From: Podarcis bocagei
Lineage: Eukaryota
Assembly: GCA_964188305.1 (NCBI GenBank)
Contig: OZ076896.1
Length of the DNA stretch: 64,000 nucleotides
Reading direction: 5' to 3' (one strand)
This document shows, piece by piece, positions 52,709-64,000 of this stretch (its first letter is position 1; each line of letters opens with the position of its first letter). The position numbers and the translations under genes are program-made. The notes under the pieces are model-generated. The model made no database searches. It was not told the DNA's origin and saw only the letters and a list, made by a program, of their open reading frames with translations.

Positions 52709-53750
52709 TTGTTGGATGACAATGGCATTCATCCCTGACCATTTTCCATGTTGGCTGGGGCTGATGGGATTTGGAATCCTACAGTAATTGAAGGGCCACA
52801 GGTTTGAGAGTCAGCATTTGTACTTTGAATAGCTGGCAGCTTTCTCAGCCAAAAGAGGAGACGTGGGTGTGGGTGTGGGTGTGTGGGTGTGTGGGTGTGA
52901 TGGAAAGCAACAATTATTCATTTCATACAAACTGAAATGTGTGGTTGGTGCTACCTATGGTTTAGGAAAATAAGTCAGGATCATTAAAATGTTTTCTTGT
53001 TTTTCTAAACCATAGTTAACTTTAATCACAGTTTATCTGGGTGTGGACATAGTGAGTAACCATTGTTAGCTGTAAATTGAAGCAAATGCTTCCAATCTCC
53101 TCCTCATGGTTGTGCCAGAGACACAGGGGAGGGAATGTGGTATCCCTGAGATTCATGTACCTAACAATAAGCATAAACCATCGTTTAGCATAACATGTGA
53201 ACCAGACCATTCAGCTTTTTGGACATAAAACTTACTATCTTTTAGCATTATGTGAATGAGCCTGCATGAACCTTGAATTCATGAGCTTCCTTTTCTCCCT
53301 CCTTCTTTGGCATGGCTGCAAGGTTTGATTCCATCTTTAAACCAATACGGCTTGTCCATTACATCCAAACTCAAGCACTCAAAATATGTCTAGTTAAAAC
53401 TATGCTTAGTTCAAACAAGTCAGTATCAAACCATGGCTTACAATCCTGACTTGTTTTAAACTAACCCAGAGTTCGCATGTAATGGAGAATTTGGTTTAGT
53501 ATTAACAGACAAGCAGATGTTTCAAATCTCCTCCTCAACAGAAGAGTAGAGCAGGGCATGTGAGGTTGACGCATTCACAATTTAGTTTTACATCAGAACT
53601 GGTCTATTGTGAGTAGGAAATATCATCTTTAACTTTCTTCTTCATTAAAGTTGAAGGAAGCCTATACATTTATCTGGGTGGTCTACCCCATGGCAGGCCC
53701 TCCTGGAAACCCACACCCCAAAGTGTTTGCTTGCCAACATCCCTACCAAT

Positions 53751-55174
53751 TAATTGGAGGAGGGCAAATGTTGTCCCTATTTTCAAAAAGGGGAAAAGAG
53801 AGGACCCAAATAATTACCGCCCAGTCAGTCTGACATCAATACCAGGGAAGATTCTGGAGCAGATCATTAAGCAAACAGTCTGTGAGCACCTAGAAAGGAA
53901 TGCTGTGATCACCAATAGTCAGCATGGATTTCTGAAAAATAAGTCATGTCAGACTAACCTGATCTCGTTTTTTGACAGAATTACAAGCCTGGTAGATGAA
54001 GGGAACTCAGTGGATGTAGCCTACCTTGATTTCAGCAAGGCATTTGACAAGGTGCCCCATGATATTCTTGTAAAGAAGCTGGTAAAATGCGGTCTTGACT
54101 ATGCTACCACTCAGTGGATTTGTAACTGGCTGACTGACCGAACCCAAAGGGTGTTCATCAATGGTTCATCTTCATCCTGGAGAAGAGTGACTAGAGGGGT
54201 GCCACAGGGTTCTGTCTTGGGCCCGATCTTATTCAACATCTTTATCAACGACTTGGATGATGGACTCAAGAGCATCCTGATCAAATTTGCAGATGACACC
54301 AAACTGGGACGGGTGGCTAACACGCCAGAGGACAGGATCACACTTCAAAACGACCTTGACAGATTAGAGAACTGGGCCAAAACAAACAAGATGAACTTTA
54401 ACAGGGAGAAATGTAAAGTATTGCACTTGGGCAAAAAAAATGAGAGGCACAAATACAAGATGGGGGACACCTGGCTTGAGAGCAGTACATGTGAAAAGGA
54501 TCTAGGAGTCTTGGTTGACCACAAACTTGACATGAGCCAACAGTGTGACGCGGCAGCTAAAAAAGCCAATGCAATTCTGGGCTGCATCAATAGGGGTATA
54601 GCATCTAGATCAAGGGAAGTAATAGTGCCACTGTATTCTGCTCTGGTCAGACCTCACCTGGAGTACTGTGTCCAGTTCTGGGCACCACAGTTCAAGAAGG
54701 ACACTGACAAACTGGAACGTGTCCAGAGAAGGGCAACCAAAATGGTCAAAGGCCTGGAAACGATGCCTTATGAGGAACGGCTAAGGGAGCTGGGCATGTT
54801 TAGCCTGGAGAAGAGGAGGTTAAGAGGTGATATGATAGCCATGTTCAAATATATAAAAGGATGTCATATAGAGGAGGGAGAAAGGTTGTTTTCTGCTGCT
54901 CCAGAGAAGCGGACACGGAGCAATGGATCCAAACTACAAGAAAGAAGATTCCACCTAAACATTAGGAAGAACTTCCTGACAGTAAGAGCTGTTCGACAGT
55001 GGAATTTGCTGCCAAGGAGTGTGGTGGAGTCTCCTTCTTTGGAGGTCTTTAAGCAGAGGCTTGACAACCATATGTCAGGAGTGCTCTGATGGTGTTTCCT
55101 GCTTGGCAGGGGGTTGGACTCGATGGCCCTTGTGGTCTATTCCAACTCTATGATTCTATGATTCTATTCTATGA
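53751..55174 (+). mobile_element. Young CR1 LINE, 5'-truncated
   Basis: Uninterrupted reverse transcriptase frame, 3' UTR, and (ATTCTATG)n-type tail. Confidence 0.96.
53755..55089 (+). pseudogene. CR1 ORF2 reverse transcriptase domain and C-terminus (N-terminally truncated, no stops)
   Basis: [58 protein letters not shown] motifs. Confidence 0.93.
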
Positions 55175-56075
55175 GCACATTTCAGTAGGATATTAAAGCT
55201 TTAAATGCTAAATTACACAAATGTAATTGTAAATTTTACAATCTTTCTTAGACTATTACTAAAAGTACAAATTTAAGCAGCAGTATGGGACCATGAACGA
55301 TTCTCTCTCTCCTTTTCTGTGGCTGTGCTTATTGAACTAGGCATTTAATAGGATCGTCCCTTTTTTGCCTTGTGAAAATACTCCTTCCATGTCTGAGGAT
55401 AAATGGCATTATCTAAAGCACCTTATTCAGACATGCAAGGTAGGCTGCCTTTGCAGCACTGTGACTAAATAGGATCAGGCTAATAGTGTTGGGGGGGGGG
55501 GAGGTTTTCTGTGAATGAGCTGAACGTAAGCTCAAGTATTTCCAGGTTGCTTATCTTGCCTCAGGTTGTGTGTGTGTGTATGTGTGTGTTTTCTTTGCTT
55601 TGTCGGGAGAGCCCTTTCTGGCTTTCATTTCCTTATACAAATGTCTCCCGCAGTGGGTATCCATCTACCTAAAGAGAACGGGCAAAGGTCTAAATAAGTT
55701 CAAGGCTGCAGCTCATCTTAGAAAAGGAGGGAAACGGGAACCAGCCAAGGCAAGGTTAAGAATAAAGAAAATTGATTTCAGGGGTGGCAGCGGCATTAAA
55801 GAAGGGGCCCAAATGTTGGTCAAAAGCATACAACAAACAAAGAGGAAAACATATATATTTTGAGCATATTACCCTGATCCTGGACTGACTGCACTGGATG
55901 CCTATTAGTTTCCAGGCTGTTTTTGACCTATAAATCCTTAAATGACTCAAAATTGCAATACCTCAAGGACTGCTTCTCCATTATAAACCAACCCAGAGCC
56001 TGAGATCATCCTCTTGAGGCTTTTCTTCATGGATCTCCCCCACAAGACGTCTGGAGGGTGGCAGCACAAGAATGA

Positions 56076-56327
56076 GAAGAAGAAGAGGAGGAGTAGTTTG
56101 GATTTGATATCCCGCCTTTCACTCCCCTTCAGGAGTCTCAAAGCGGCTAACAATCTCCTTTCCCTTCCTCCCCCACAACAAACACTCTGTGAGGTGAGTG
56201 GGGCTGAGAGACTTCAGAGAAGTGTGACTGGCCCAAGGTCACCCAGCAGCTGCATGTGGAGGAGCGGAGACGCGAACCCGGTTCACCAGATTACAATTCT
56301 ACCTCTCTGAACCACTACACCACACTG
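56076..56327 (-). mobile_element. Squam3-type SINE
   Basis: Near-identical to 16861-17158, with a shorter GAA/GAG tail. Confidence 0.88.
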
Positions 56328-56399
56328 AGCCTTTTCTGCAGTGGTTCCCCATTTGTGGAACGCTCTCCCCAGGGAAGTTTGCCTGGCGCCTTCATTATA

Positions 56400-56651
56400 C
56401 AGTCATACCTCATGTTACGTTTACTTCAGGTTGAGCATTTTCAGGTTGCGTCCCATGGTGACCTGGAAGTAATGGAATGGGTTATTTCTGGGTTTTGCCA
56501 CTCGCGCATGCGCAGATGCGCAAAATGACGTCACGTGCATGCGCAGAAGTGGCGAATCGCGACCTGCCCACACGCAGACGCAGGTTGTGTTCTGTTTCGG
56601 TTGCGAACGGGCCTCCAGGACAGATCCCGTTCACAACCAGAGGTACCACTG
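56400..56651. mobile_element. Tigger/pogo-like MITE, family C
   Basis: TIR cagtcatacctc / gaggtaccactg; TA TSD; internal gcgcatgcgca motifs. Confidence 0.85.
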
Positions 56652-56904
56652 TATATTTTAAATGCCCCAGGTGAAAACGTTCCTCTTCAACTAGGCCTTG
56701 GGCTGATTAATATTCTACAGCTTTTTTAATGTATGTGGGAAGGGGGGGGGTTGTTTTGCTGCTTCATTTTACTTATTTACCTGTTTTTATCCTGTATTTT
56801 ATTCTGTGATTTGCCCTGAGATTTTATGATGAAGGGCGGTATATAAATCTAATAGATAAAATAAAAATAAATTTTTGAACAGTCTTCTCAGTGATCCTCC
56901 TCAC

Positions 56905-57090
56905 AGGAACATGAGAGCCTGCTGGAGGCGGCCAGTGGCCCACCGAGTCCAGCATCCCATCCTCACAGTGGCCACTCCGATTCCTATGCAAAGTCTGCAA
57001 GCTGGGCATGAGCGCAACAGCTGCCTCGCCACTAGCAATTCCCAGCAACTGGCATTCAGAGGCATACTGGCCCTATCAGTGGCTAGAAGC
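56905..57090 (-). mobile_element. Old CR1-type 3' UTR fragment
   Basis: agagcctgctgg..ggcc..gagtccagcatcc..cacagtggcca..cagcaactggcattcagaggcat. Confidence 0.55.
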
Positions 57091-57249
57091 CCATTTGCAT
57101 TGGGCCCATTTCCTTTCCTACATGTGGCTTTCCAGCCAGTGCAGCAAATAAGTGATCATGCTGCCTTTCAATAAAATGATGCCTAGCGCTGTTCAGAGGT
57201 AACCACAACCACCAGCTTGGTGGACCTTTGTAGGCGAAGAGGGGCTTTG

Positions 57250-57602
57250 CATACATTTCTCAAATGAAAATAGGGGTGTCCCAATCCATTATTATTATTA
57301 TTTATTACTATTATTATCCTGCTCATCTGATTGGGGTGCCCCAGCCACTCTGGGTGGCTTCCAACATATATAAAAACTTCCCAGTACAGGGTTGCCTTCA
57401 GATGTCTTCCAAAGGTAGTATACAGTAGTTACTTATATCCTTTGCTCAGGGAGTTGCATAACTCAATACCCTCCAACATTTCTCCAGTGAAAAAAGCGAC
57501 GTCCTAAGGAAAAGCAGGACATTCTGGGATCAAATCAGAAACTGGGACAGTTTCTGTAAATCCAGGACTGTCTGTGAAAAATAGGGATACTTGAAGGGTC
57601 TG
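57250..57602. mobile_element. Composite element: MITE-like sequence enclosing an inverted L2 3' tip
   Basis: catttctc..tgaaaa..g.gtcc occurs near 57254 and 57478. ataccctccaa / ttgaagggtctg form inverted ends. ccagccactctgggtggcttccaac..gccttcagatgtctt is the reverse of the L2 tail. Confidence 0.55.
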
Positions 57603-57854
57603 GGATTTAGTGACATCCATGGTGAGGGAAGAAACTAGTTTGACTTGGGGTTTGGGAAATTCCTTATTAAACTTACAGTTTTCTCCAGTTTTGTCTTGGA
57701 AACAGGGTGGCCACACACACATCACTGGGGAAAAAGGGACCGAAAGAACACAGATTTGTGTGTGCTAGTGCAGTCTTGGTTGACCTGGTGCCTGCCGGAT
57801 ATTGCTGGACCACAACTTCCATCAGCCCCAGCCAGCCCAGCCATTAGGAGACCC

Positions 57855-58040
57855 CTAAAAGCAGCATCGTGCCACTTTAATTAGTCATGGCTTCCTCCAG
57901 AGAATCCTGGGAACTGCACTTGGTGAAAGATGCTGAGAGCTCTTAGGATATCCCTATTCCCCTTCACAGAGCCACAGTTCCCAGAGGGGCTTCACAGTCA
58001 ATCCCTCTTCCCAGGGAACTCTGGGAATAGTAGCTCAGGG
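57855..58040. repeat. Unclassified squamate repeat, copy 2
   Basis: See 852-1050. Confidence 0.55.
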
Positions 58041-58112
58041 TGGTGGAGACTATGAGACAAAGACAATTTCAAATCCAATATACAGATGCACAGTGGGATA
58101 AAGATTTCCACT

Positions 58113-59026
58113 TAGAATCATAGAATCATAGAATCATAGAGTTGGAAGAGACCACAAGGGCCATCGAGTCCAACCCCCTGCCAAGCAGGAAACACCATCA
58201 GATCACTCCTGACATATGGTTGTCAAGCCTCTGCTTAAAGACCTCCAAAGTAGGAGACTCCACCACACTCCTTGGCAGCAAATTCCACTGTCAAACAGCT
58301 CTTACTGTCAGGAAGTTCTTCCTAATGTTTAGGTGGAATCTTCTTTCTTGTAGTTTGGCTCCTTTGCTCCGTGTCCGCTTCTCTGGAGCAGCAGAAAACA
58401 ACCTTTCTCCCTCCTCTATGTGACATCCTTTTATATATTTGAACATGGCTATCATATCACCCCTTAACCTCCTCTTCTCCAGGCTAAACATGCCCAGCTC
58501 CCTTAGCCGTTCCTCATAAGGCATCGTTTCCAGGCCTTTGACCATTTTGGTTGCCCTCCTCTGGACACGTTCCAGTTTGTCAGTGTCCTTCTTGAATTGT
58601 GGTGCCCAGAACTGGACACAGTACTCCAGGTGAGGTCTGACCAGAGCAGAATACAGTGGCACTATTACTTCCCTTGATCTAGATGCTATACCCCTATTGA
58701 TGAGGCCCAGAATTGCATTGGCTTTTTTAGCTGCCGCATCACACTGTTGGCTCATGTCAAGTTTGTGGTCAACCAAGACTCCTAGATCCTTTTCACATGT
58801 ACTGCTCTCAAGCCAGGTGTCCCCCATCTTGTATTTGTGCCTCTCATTTTTTTTGCCCAAGTGCAATACTTTACATTTCTCCCTGTTAAAATTCATCTTG
58901 TTTGTTTTGGCCCAGTTTTCTAATCTGTCAAGGTCATTTTGAAGTGTGATCCTGTCCTCTGGGGTGTTAGCCACCCGTCCCAGTTTGGTGTCATCTGCAA
59001 ATTTGGTCAGGATGCCCTTGAGTCCA
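58113..59026 (-). mobile_element. Young CR1 LINE, 5'-truncated, inverted relative to 53751-55174
   Basis: Translation matches copy 1 over 227 aa except GC>GL, NGS>KGA and a CGA>TGA stop. (CATAGAAT)n tail. tccactt is repeated at 58107-13 and 59023-29. Confidence 0.96.
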
Positions 59027-60994
59027 CTTGAAAGGCTTGTTGAAAAATGCTACGTTGATGCTGCCCATCTGATGAGTAACAGGTGGGAGTTCAAAAGGAT
59101 AGCTGCCGCCGCACTAAAGACTGGATAATAATTATATGATTTTAACCCCCAACAAAGAATCTCTGGGCACTTTGGTTATTCCCACACTTCATTTTTGTAA
59201 TGATTTATTGTAAGATTCCTTACCATTGGGGGAAACACATCACTCAATGCTGTGTCAAACCTTTTTCTGCAGTGCAATGCTATGCATGCTTACCTGGAAG
59301 TTCCCTTCTATGCACAGGTAAGAGTGCATAGGATTGCAGCTACAGGGCCTTAGAAGTCCCATGGGATATAGTGGACTTCCTTCTGTGTGGGTGCAGAGTG
59401 AAATCCACCCCCCAGATGCCTCCTTGGTGCTCACCCACCATGCTCCACTGCTGTGGTTAAGAGCCCAAAGGAGGCAGTCTGGGGACATGTCAGAGAGAGA
59501 TCAGGGGAGACTTTGGGAAGCTGGATGCAAGGCACCTCCTTTCCTGAACACGCCCATGAAACAGGGCACAGAGCAAGCATGTCTATTTTGGAACCAATGG
59601 GAGGGGAAATGGAAAAGAAGAGCAACTTGCAGGACCTCCATGACAGATTCTCCCTCTCCTGCCCCACCAGGATTGGCCTGTAAGGCTGTAATCCTGAAAT
59701 CCACTTACCTAGGATTCAGCATCACTGAACTCAATGGGAACATATTTCTGAGGAGACATAAGAACATCCCCACTGGATCCAGACAAACACCCCCTCTAGT
59801 CAAGCACCCTGTGTTTGGGAAGCCAGAAAACACAACATTCCGGTATATAGGATTGCACTGCTAACCAGCATGCTGAACCAGTTGCTCTGTTTTGGCTTTT
59901 AATTCACTGGCAGAGCGAACCATCAAACCCTGCACCAACTGGAACAAAAGGGAGCTCACGATAGTTTCGCGTTTAAGGTTACAGCTCTTTCCTTAGGAGC
60001 ACAAAAATTGTTTGAAACAAGAAATTGCTCCCCGCTCCCTAGCCAACACCACACTTCCAAACTCTGGCTGGAAAGGTTCTTGTTGGCAAAATATTACCTA
60101 TGGGCACAAGGGAGTTTCCTTGCTTTGCTTGGTGATATTATGTTTTGACTCACCTTTGATCTCTTGGAGTCTCTGAAATTCTATCTGTTCCCTCCCCCCC
60201 CCCAAAAAAAACCCCTCTGAAACTGCCCACCCCGCACTCTGGCGTATTCTTATACCTCAAAATCTTCTCTTTAGGTAGCTGTAGCTGTTTATGCGTTTGT
60301 TTAAGTAAAATGAGGCAGTCTGCAAATGACCATCTATGTCTTGTGTGTAAATCTAGTTACTGCTCTGGGGCTTACTGATGTCCCAAACCACTGCTCACCA
60401 ATTTCAATTTTTTATTATGAATTAGAAATAAACTCCACAGCCTTGCCGCTATGCATAAAAGAATTACATAATTTCCTTCTGCACTGCTGCATTAGGAGAT
60501 TCTCCCCCCCCCCCCGCTTATTCCTTTTTCCTTTTTGAGCATACAGTACACTCCCTCGGTGATTTAAACAACGCTTTCTATTTTTAACACGAACTGAAAC
60601 ATTATATGAATATAAATACAGTATGCACGACTCTCCATGATTGTCTTTTATTTCAAAGAACCGTAATTAATAGAGAATTGCAATGGCTGGGAATCATGTT
60701 CATTGGAAGAGTTATAGGGGAGTGGGGGAAAGCTGAACAGGTCATGCTGCAGAATCGAGTTGGGTTGGTGATTTGTTTATATACTGTTCTGCATTTCAAG
60801 CATATTTGTGAAGGCAATATTTGTGAAGCGTACAACATCTTAGCTGTGAAAATATTCATAGCAAGGCTGAGGAACCAGCCTCTGATCAATCACCAGACCT
60901 GGTGTGGGTAGGGCTGATTCCTGCCCCCAAATGTTGGGCGGTTTTGAGGGAATTGAGAGGAAACTAGGTATGTTGAATAATCCTATAAAGGCAG

Positions 60995-61235
60995 AAGTCC
61001 CATCTCCACTTTACATTTAAAGCAGTATCGTACAACTCAAAACAGTCCTGGCTCCCTCCCCCAAATAATCTCGGGGACTGTACTTAGTTGAGAGTGCTGA
61101 GAGTGGATAGGAGACTCCTTTCTCCTCACAGAGCTACAATTCTCAGAGTGGTTTAACAATCAATCCCTCTTCAAAGAGAACTCTGGGAGTTGTAGCTCTA
61201 TGAGGGGAATAAGGGCTTCCTAACAACTCTCGGCC
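60995..61235. repeat. Unclassified squamate repeat, copy 3
   Basis: See 852-1050; internal inverted repeat ctcacagagctacaattc / gagttgtagctctatgag. Confidence 0.55.
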
Positions 61236-61617
61236 ATGACAGGCAGGGATGAAAAAGTTGCTAGCCATATCGGTTGTAGGGGAAAATTTTCACAGTGCTT
61301 GAAAATGGACATTGGGGAAACACTTTGGAGAGGATGTCTAGAAGATTGCCTCTCTTTTATTTTTGTCCCAAATGATTCCAAGATGAGTTTATCATTCCTG
61401 CTCCATGGGCAGTATCCACAGTAAAAGAAGTTTAAAACTGATTCAAATGATCATGGTTAAATGCACCTATGATCAGAGGCATAGTGGTCTGAAGTCACAG
61501 AGGGTCAGAAACCTGTTACTCTTTATGCAGCAGGGTCCCTGTCGCCAGCATCCAGTGCTGCTCAATCAACATCAAAGAGGAGCTTTTTAGCCACTAAGAA
61601 GTTTTCTCACCCTTTGT

Positions 61618-61841
61618 TCTGAAGGAGCGTCTCCACCCCCATCGTTCTGCCTGGACACTGAGGTCCAGTGCCGAGGGCCTTCTGGAGGTTCCCTCACTGT
61701 GCGAAGCCAAGTTACAGGGAACCAGGCAGAGGGCCTTCTCGGTAGTGGCACCTGCCCTGTGGAACGCCCTCCCACCAGATGTCAAAGAGAAGAACAACTA
61801 CCAGGGGAAACCCAACCAGATGGGCAGGGTATAAATAATAA

Positions 61842-61892
<51 letters not shown>
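61618..61892 (+). mobile_element. L2-type LINE 3' end with internal deletion and (TTA)n tail
   Basis: Colinear with 42633-43024 but lacks about 42818-42919. Confidence 0.85.
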
Positions 61893-61893
<1 letters not shown>

Positions 61894-63292
61894 GAGACAG
61901 AGAGAAAGGAGTGAGGCAGCCACTGAGGATTGGCTTCTAGGGTCACTCTGGAGAAGACATGTGGGAAGAACACTGAGCAGTATTTTTTCAGAATGTTCCA
62001 GAAAAACTGAGAATACGAGGTGCTTCCACTTCAAGAGAATGGGGTGCACATTCTGTTGCATACTATGGAATTTCAAGGAAAACGCAACTTAAGTTGCTCT
62101 AAAAGAAGATATTAGAGCACCCCAAATCATTTGCCCATGTATGTGCAGAGAAATCATAGATCCAGCTGAAAGTAAACACACTGGTAATTTATGGTAGAAA
62201 AGCCTTGAACAGGATTCAACTAAGCCTAAATCCACTAAATCTGTTCTGGGGGGTTGGGAGGGGAAAGCCAGAACAGGTTTGGAGCGGGCATGGTAGAGGA
62301 GAGGGTGAAAAGGTTTTGTCACACAAGTAGACCTCATTCTCCATGCACACACTCCACTTAGTTCTATGTTGGATTCTGCGCCTTGTTCGCAAGAGAAAAC
62401 TCCATGATTTACACGGTAAGTTTGGGCCTAAAGCAGCCCACATGTGGAGACTGGAAGCAATGAATCAGTGGACTTGATTTCCCATATTAGGGTCATCTGA
62501 GTGCTGCCTGCACTAAAAGGTTAGGAGATGACAGAGCTGGGGGGAAGTATGTGCGTGTTTGTTCTCCCTTTCATAAAACATAATATATCACGGGGAAAGG
62601 CTGAATATATTAAGCGGAGTGCTGGACTGCTTTAAATTATGTATCTTTCCATTTATGCAGAATGTTATTAGAGGAGTGTCTTGCTTTTGCTCCACTAACA
62701 ATGAACAATCCCTGCAGACTTCACTCATCAGTCACCCACAATCACGTACATTGTTTTCCCCATTCACATGCATTTAACATCACCCAATGCTCCATTTCAC
62801 TTGCTGCATAGAGCCGTTCACAGGAGGGGGAAATGTTGCCTTTCAAAAGATTTGATCACAACGTTTTGACATCACCTTAATTTCTGTTCTATGTCTGTAT
62901 TTCCCATCATCAGACACACAGATAACAACAATTCAACCTACATTATAGAATGAAATGAAATGAAACTATCTATCTATGAACGAGAGAAGAGTTCAAGGGG
63001 AGGGGAGTCAAAAAGGAAACAGGGAGGGAGGTTGCCAACCAAACTTTGCCTTGCTCTCAATGAGACTTACAATGTTGCAAAATAATTTAATGTACCCATT
63101 GTTTTTAAAGACCTGCTTAATCTTGTTAATTACCGCAGGGCTATGGCATCATGCGCCTAACTGGATGTGCACTGAAATGCCCAGCAGGTGCTCTCTGGGT
63201 ACTGCGTTGCTTTCAAAGCAATGCACTCTATGTACAGCTGCTAAGAAACGAAGTTAAAAGGTCATGGCTCATGTGCAGTGTTCTGCCCAGCC

Positions 63293-63293
<1 letters not shown>

Positions 63294-63359
<66 letters not shown>
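63294..63359. repeat. (TTA)n microsatellite, probably the tail of a degraded retroposon
   Basis: Seen directly. Confidence 0.95.
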
Positions 63360-63362
<3 letters not shown>

Positions 63363-63871
63363 ATTTGTTAGTTGCTTTATCTTGCCCAAGGCAACCCAAA
63401 GCAACTTACAGCCAAATAAAGAAACAGAACTTGAGAGTGCAGTCTTGAGCTAGTGACATACATAATGTCAGACATAGGTTTTACTTGTGCACCACCATCC
63501 AGGTCTGGTCAAAAGAAGGAACTACAAGGAAACCAGCCCCCATAACAAGGTAGCCATTTTGCACCATTAGTGACGCAAGAAAGGCTCCAGCATCCACTCC
63601 AATTAGGACTGGAACCTCGACAGCACAACACATAGGTGATCCTGTGTCTGCACTGATTCATTCAAAGCTCGTGACCTGCCAAGCCAAACACACCTCACCA
63701 CCCTATAGGGCCATCCACCAAGGGTATAGTAAATCTCCTGGGTTTGGTGCCTGTCTGGGACTAAAAGAAGAGGGAGGCGGAAATAGCAGGTCACAACATT
63801 TGACTGGAGGGTTCACTTCCACTTGGCAGGTCAGATTTCTTGCAGGCTTTGTGTATATGAGGGGTCAGGAG

Positions 63872-64000
63872 TAGAGGCATGGGAGATAAATTCAATTCAG
63901 TCTGCATTTAAATCCAAATTTATGAAATTTACACTTTCTGAAGCAACATGAGAACCGAAACACAGCCGTCCTTACAAATTCACACATACCTGAATTTTGC
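63872..64000. mobile_element. Old AT-rich element, inverted copy running off the window
   Basis: aaattcaattcagtctgcatttaaa is the reverse of the family end. Confidence 0.5.

Larger units (their letters stand above)
55873..56871 (+). mobile_element. Old L2-type LINE 3' fragment split by two later insertions
   Basis: ctgcactggatgcc..gacctataaatcc..|gccttttctgcagtggttccccatttgtggaacgctctcccc|..tgaagggcggtatataaat plus A-rich tail; becomes continuous when 56076-56327 and 56400-56651 are removed. Confidence 0.7.

Noticed and set aside
52930-53610. Two related aaccat..gtt-rich segments
   Set aside because: Probably an old repeat family, but boundaries and class could not be supported.
1-64000. 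CRISPR array, operon or other prokaryotic system
   Set aside because: No regularly spaced repeat-spacer array and no gene-dense region; the RT ORFs are ordinary vertebrate LINEs.

Overview
Vertebrate nuclear DNA, almost certainly from a squamate and most likely a lacertid lizard, judged from its repeats: Sauria SINEs, Squam3-type SINEs, Bov-B, CR1 and L2 LINEs, and many hAT and Tc1/mariner-pogo MITEs. The window looks like a gene desert or very large intron. The only long ORFs that resemble real proteins are retrotransposon ORF2 pieces (CR1 reverse transcriptase at 53.7-55.1 kb and 58.3-59.0 kb; Bov-B at 47.1-48.8 kb). I could not name a host gene. Two minus-strand micro-exon candidates (19990-20026 and 338-375) have canonical splice signals and join in frame to GYFHDLDTKYHHPRPNKSFPCNCCM, which suggests the window lies within the introns of a large minus-strand gene. 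Several repeat-free, motif-rich blocks look like conserved non-coding elements. Other notable structures are an inverted pair of very young CR1 copies, a solo LTR with a target-site duplication (TSD), a tRNA-Lys/CR1 SINE, several nested insertions, and two N gaps flanked by hairpin-forming sequence with CTGATGA motifs. There is no prokaryotic system and no CRISPR array. Family names come from recall of consensus sequences, not database searches.
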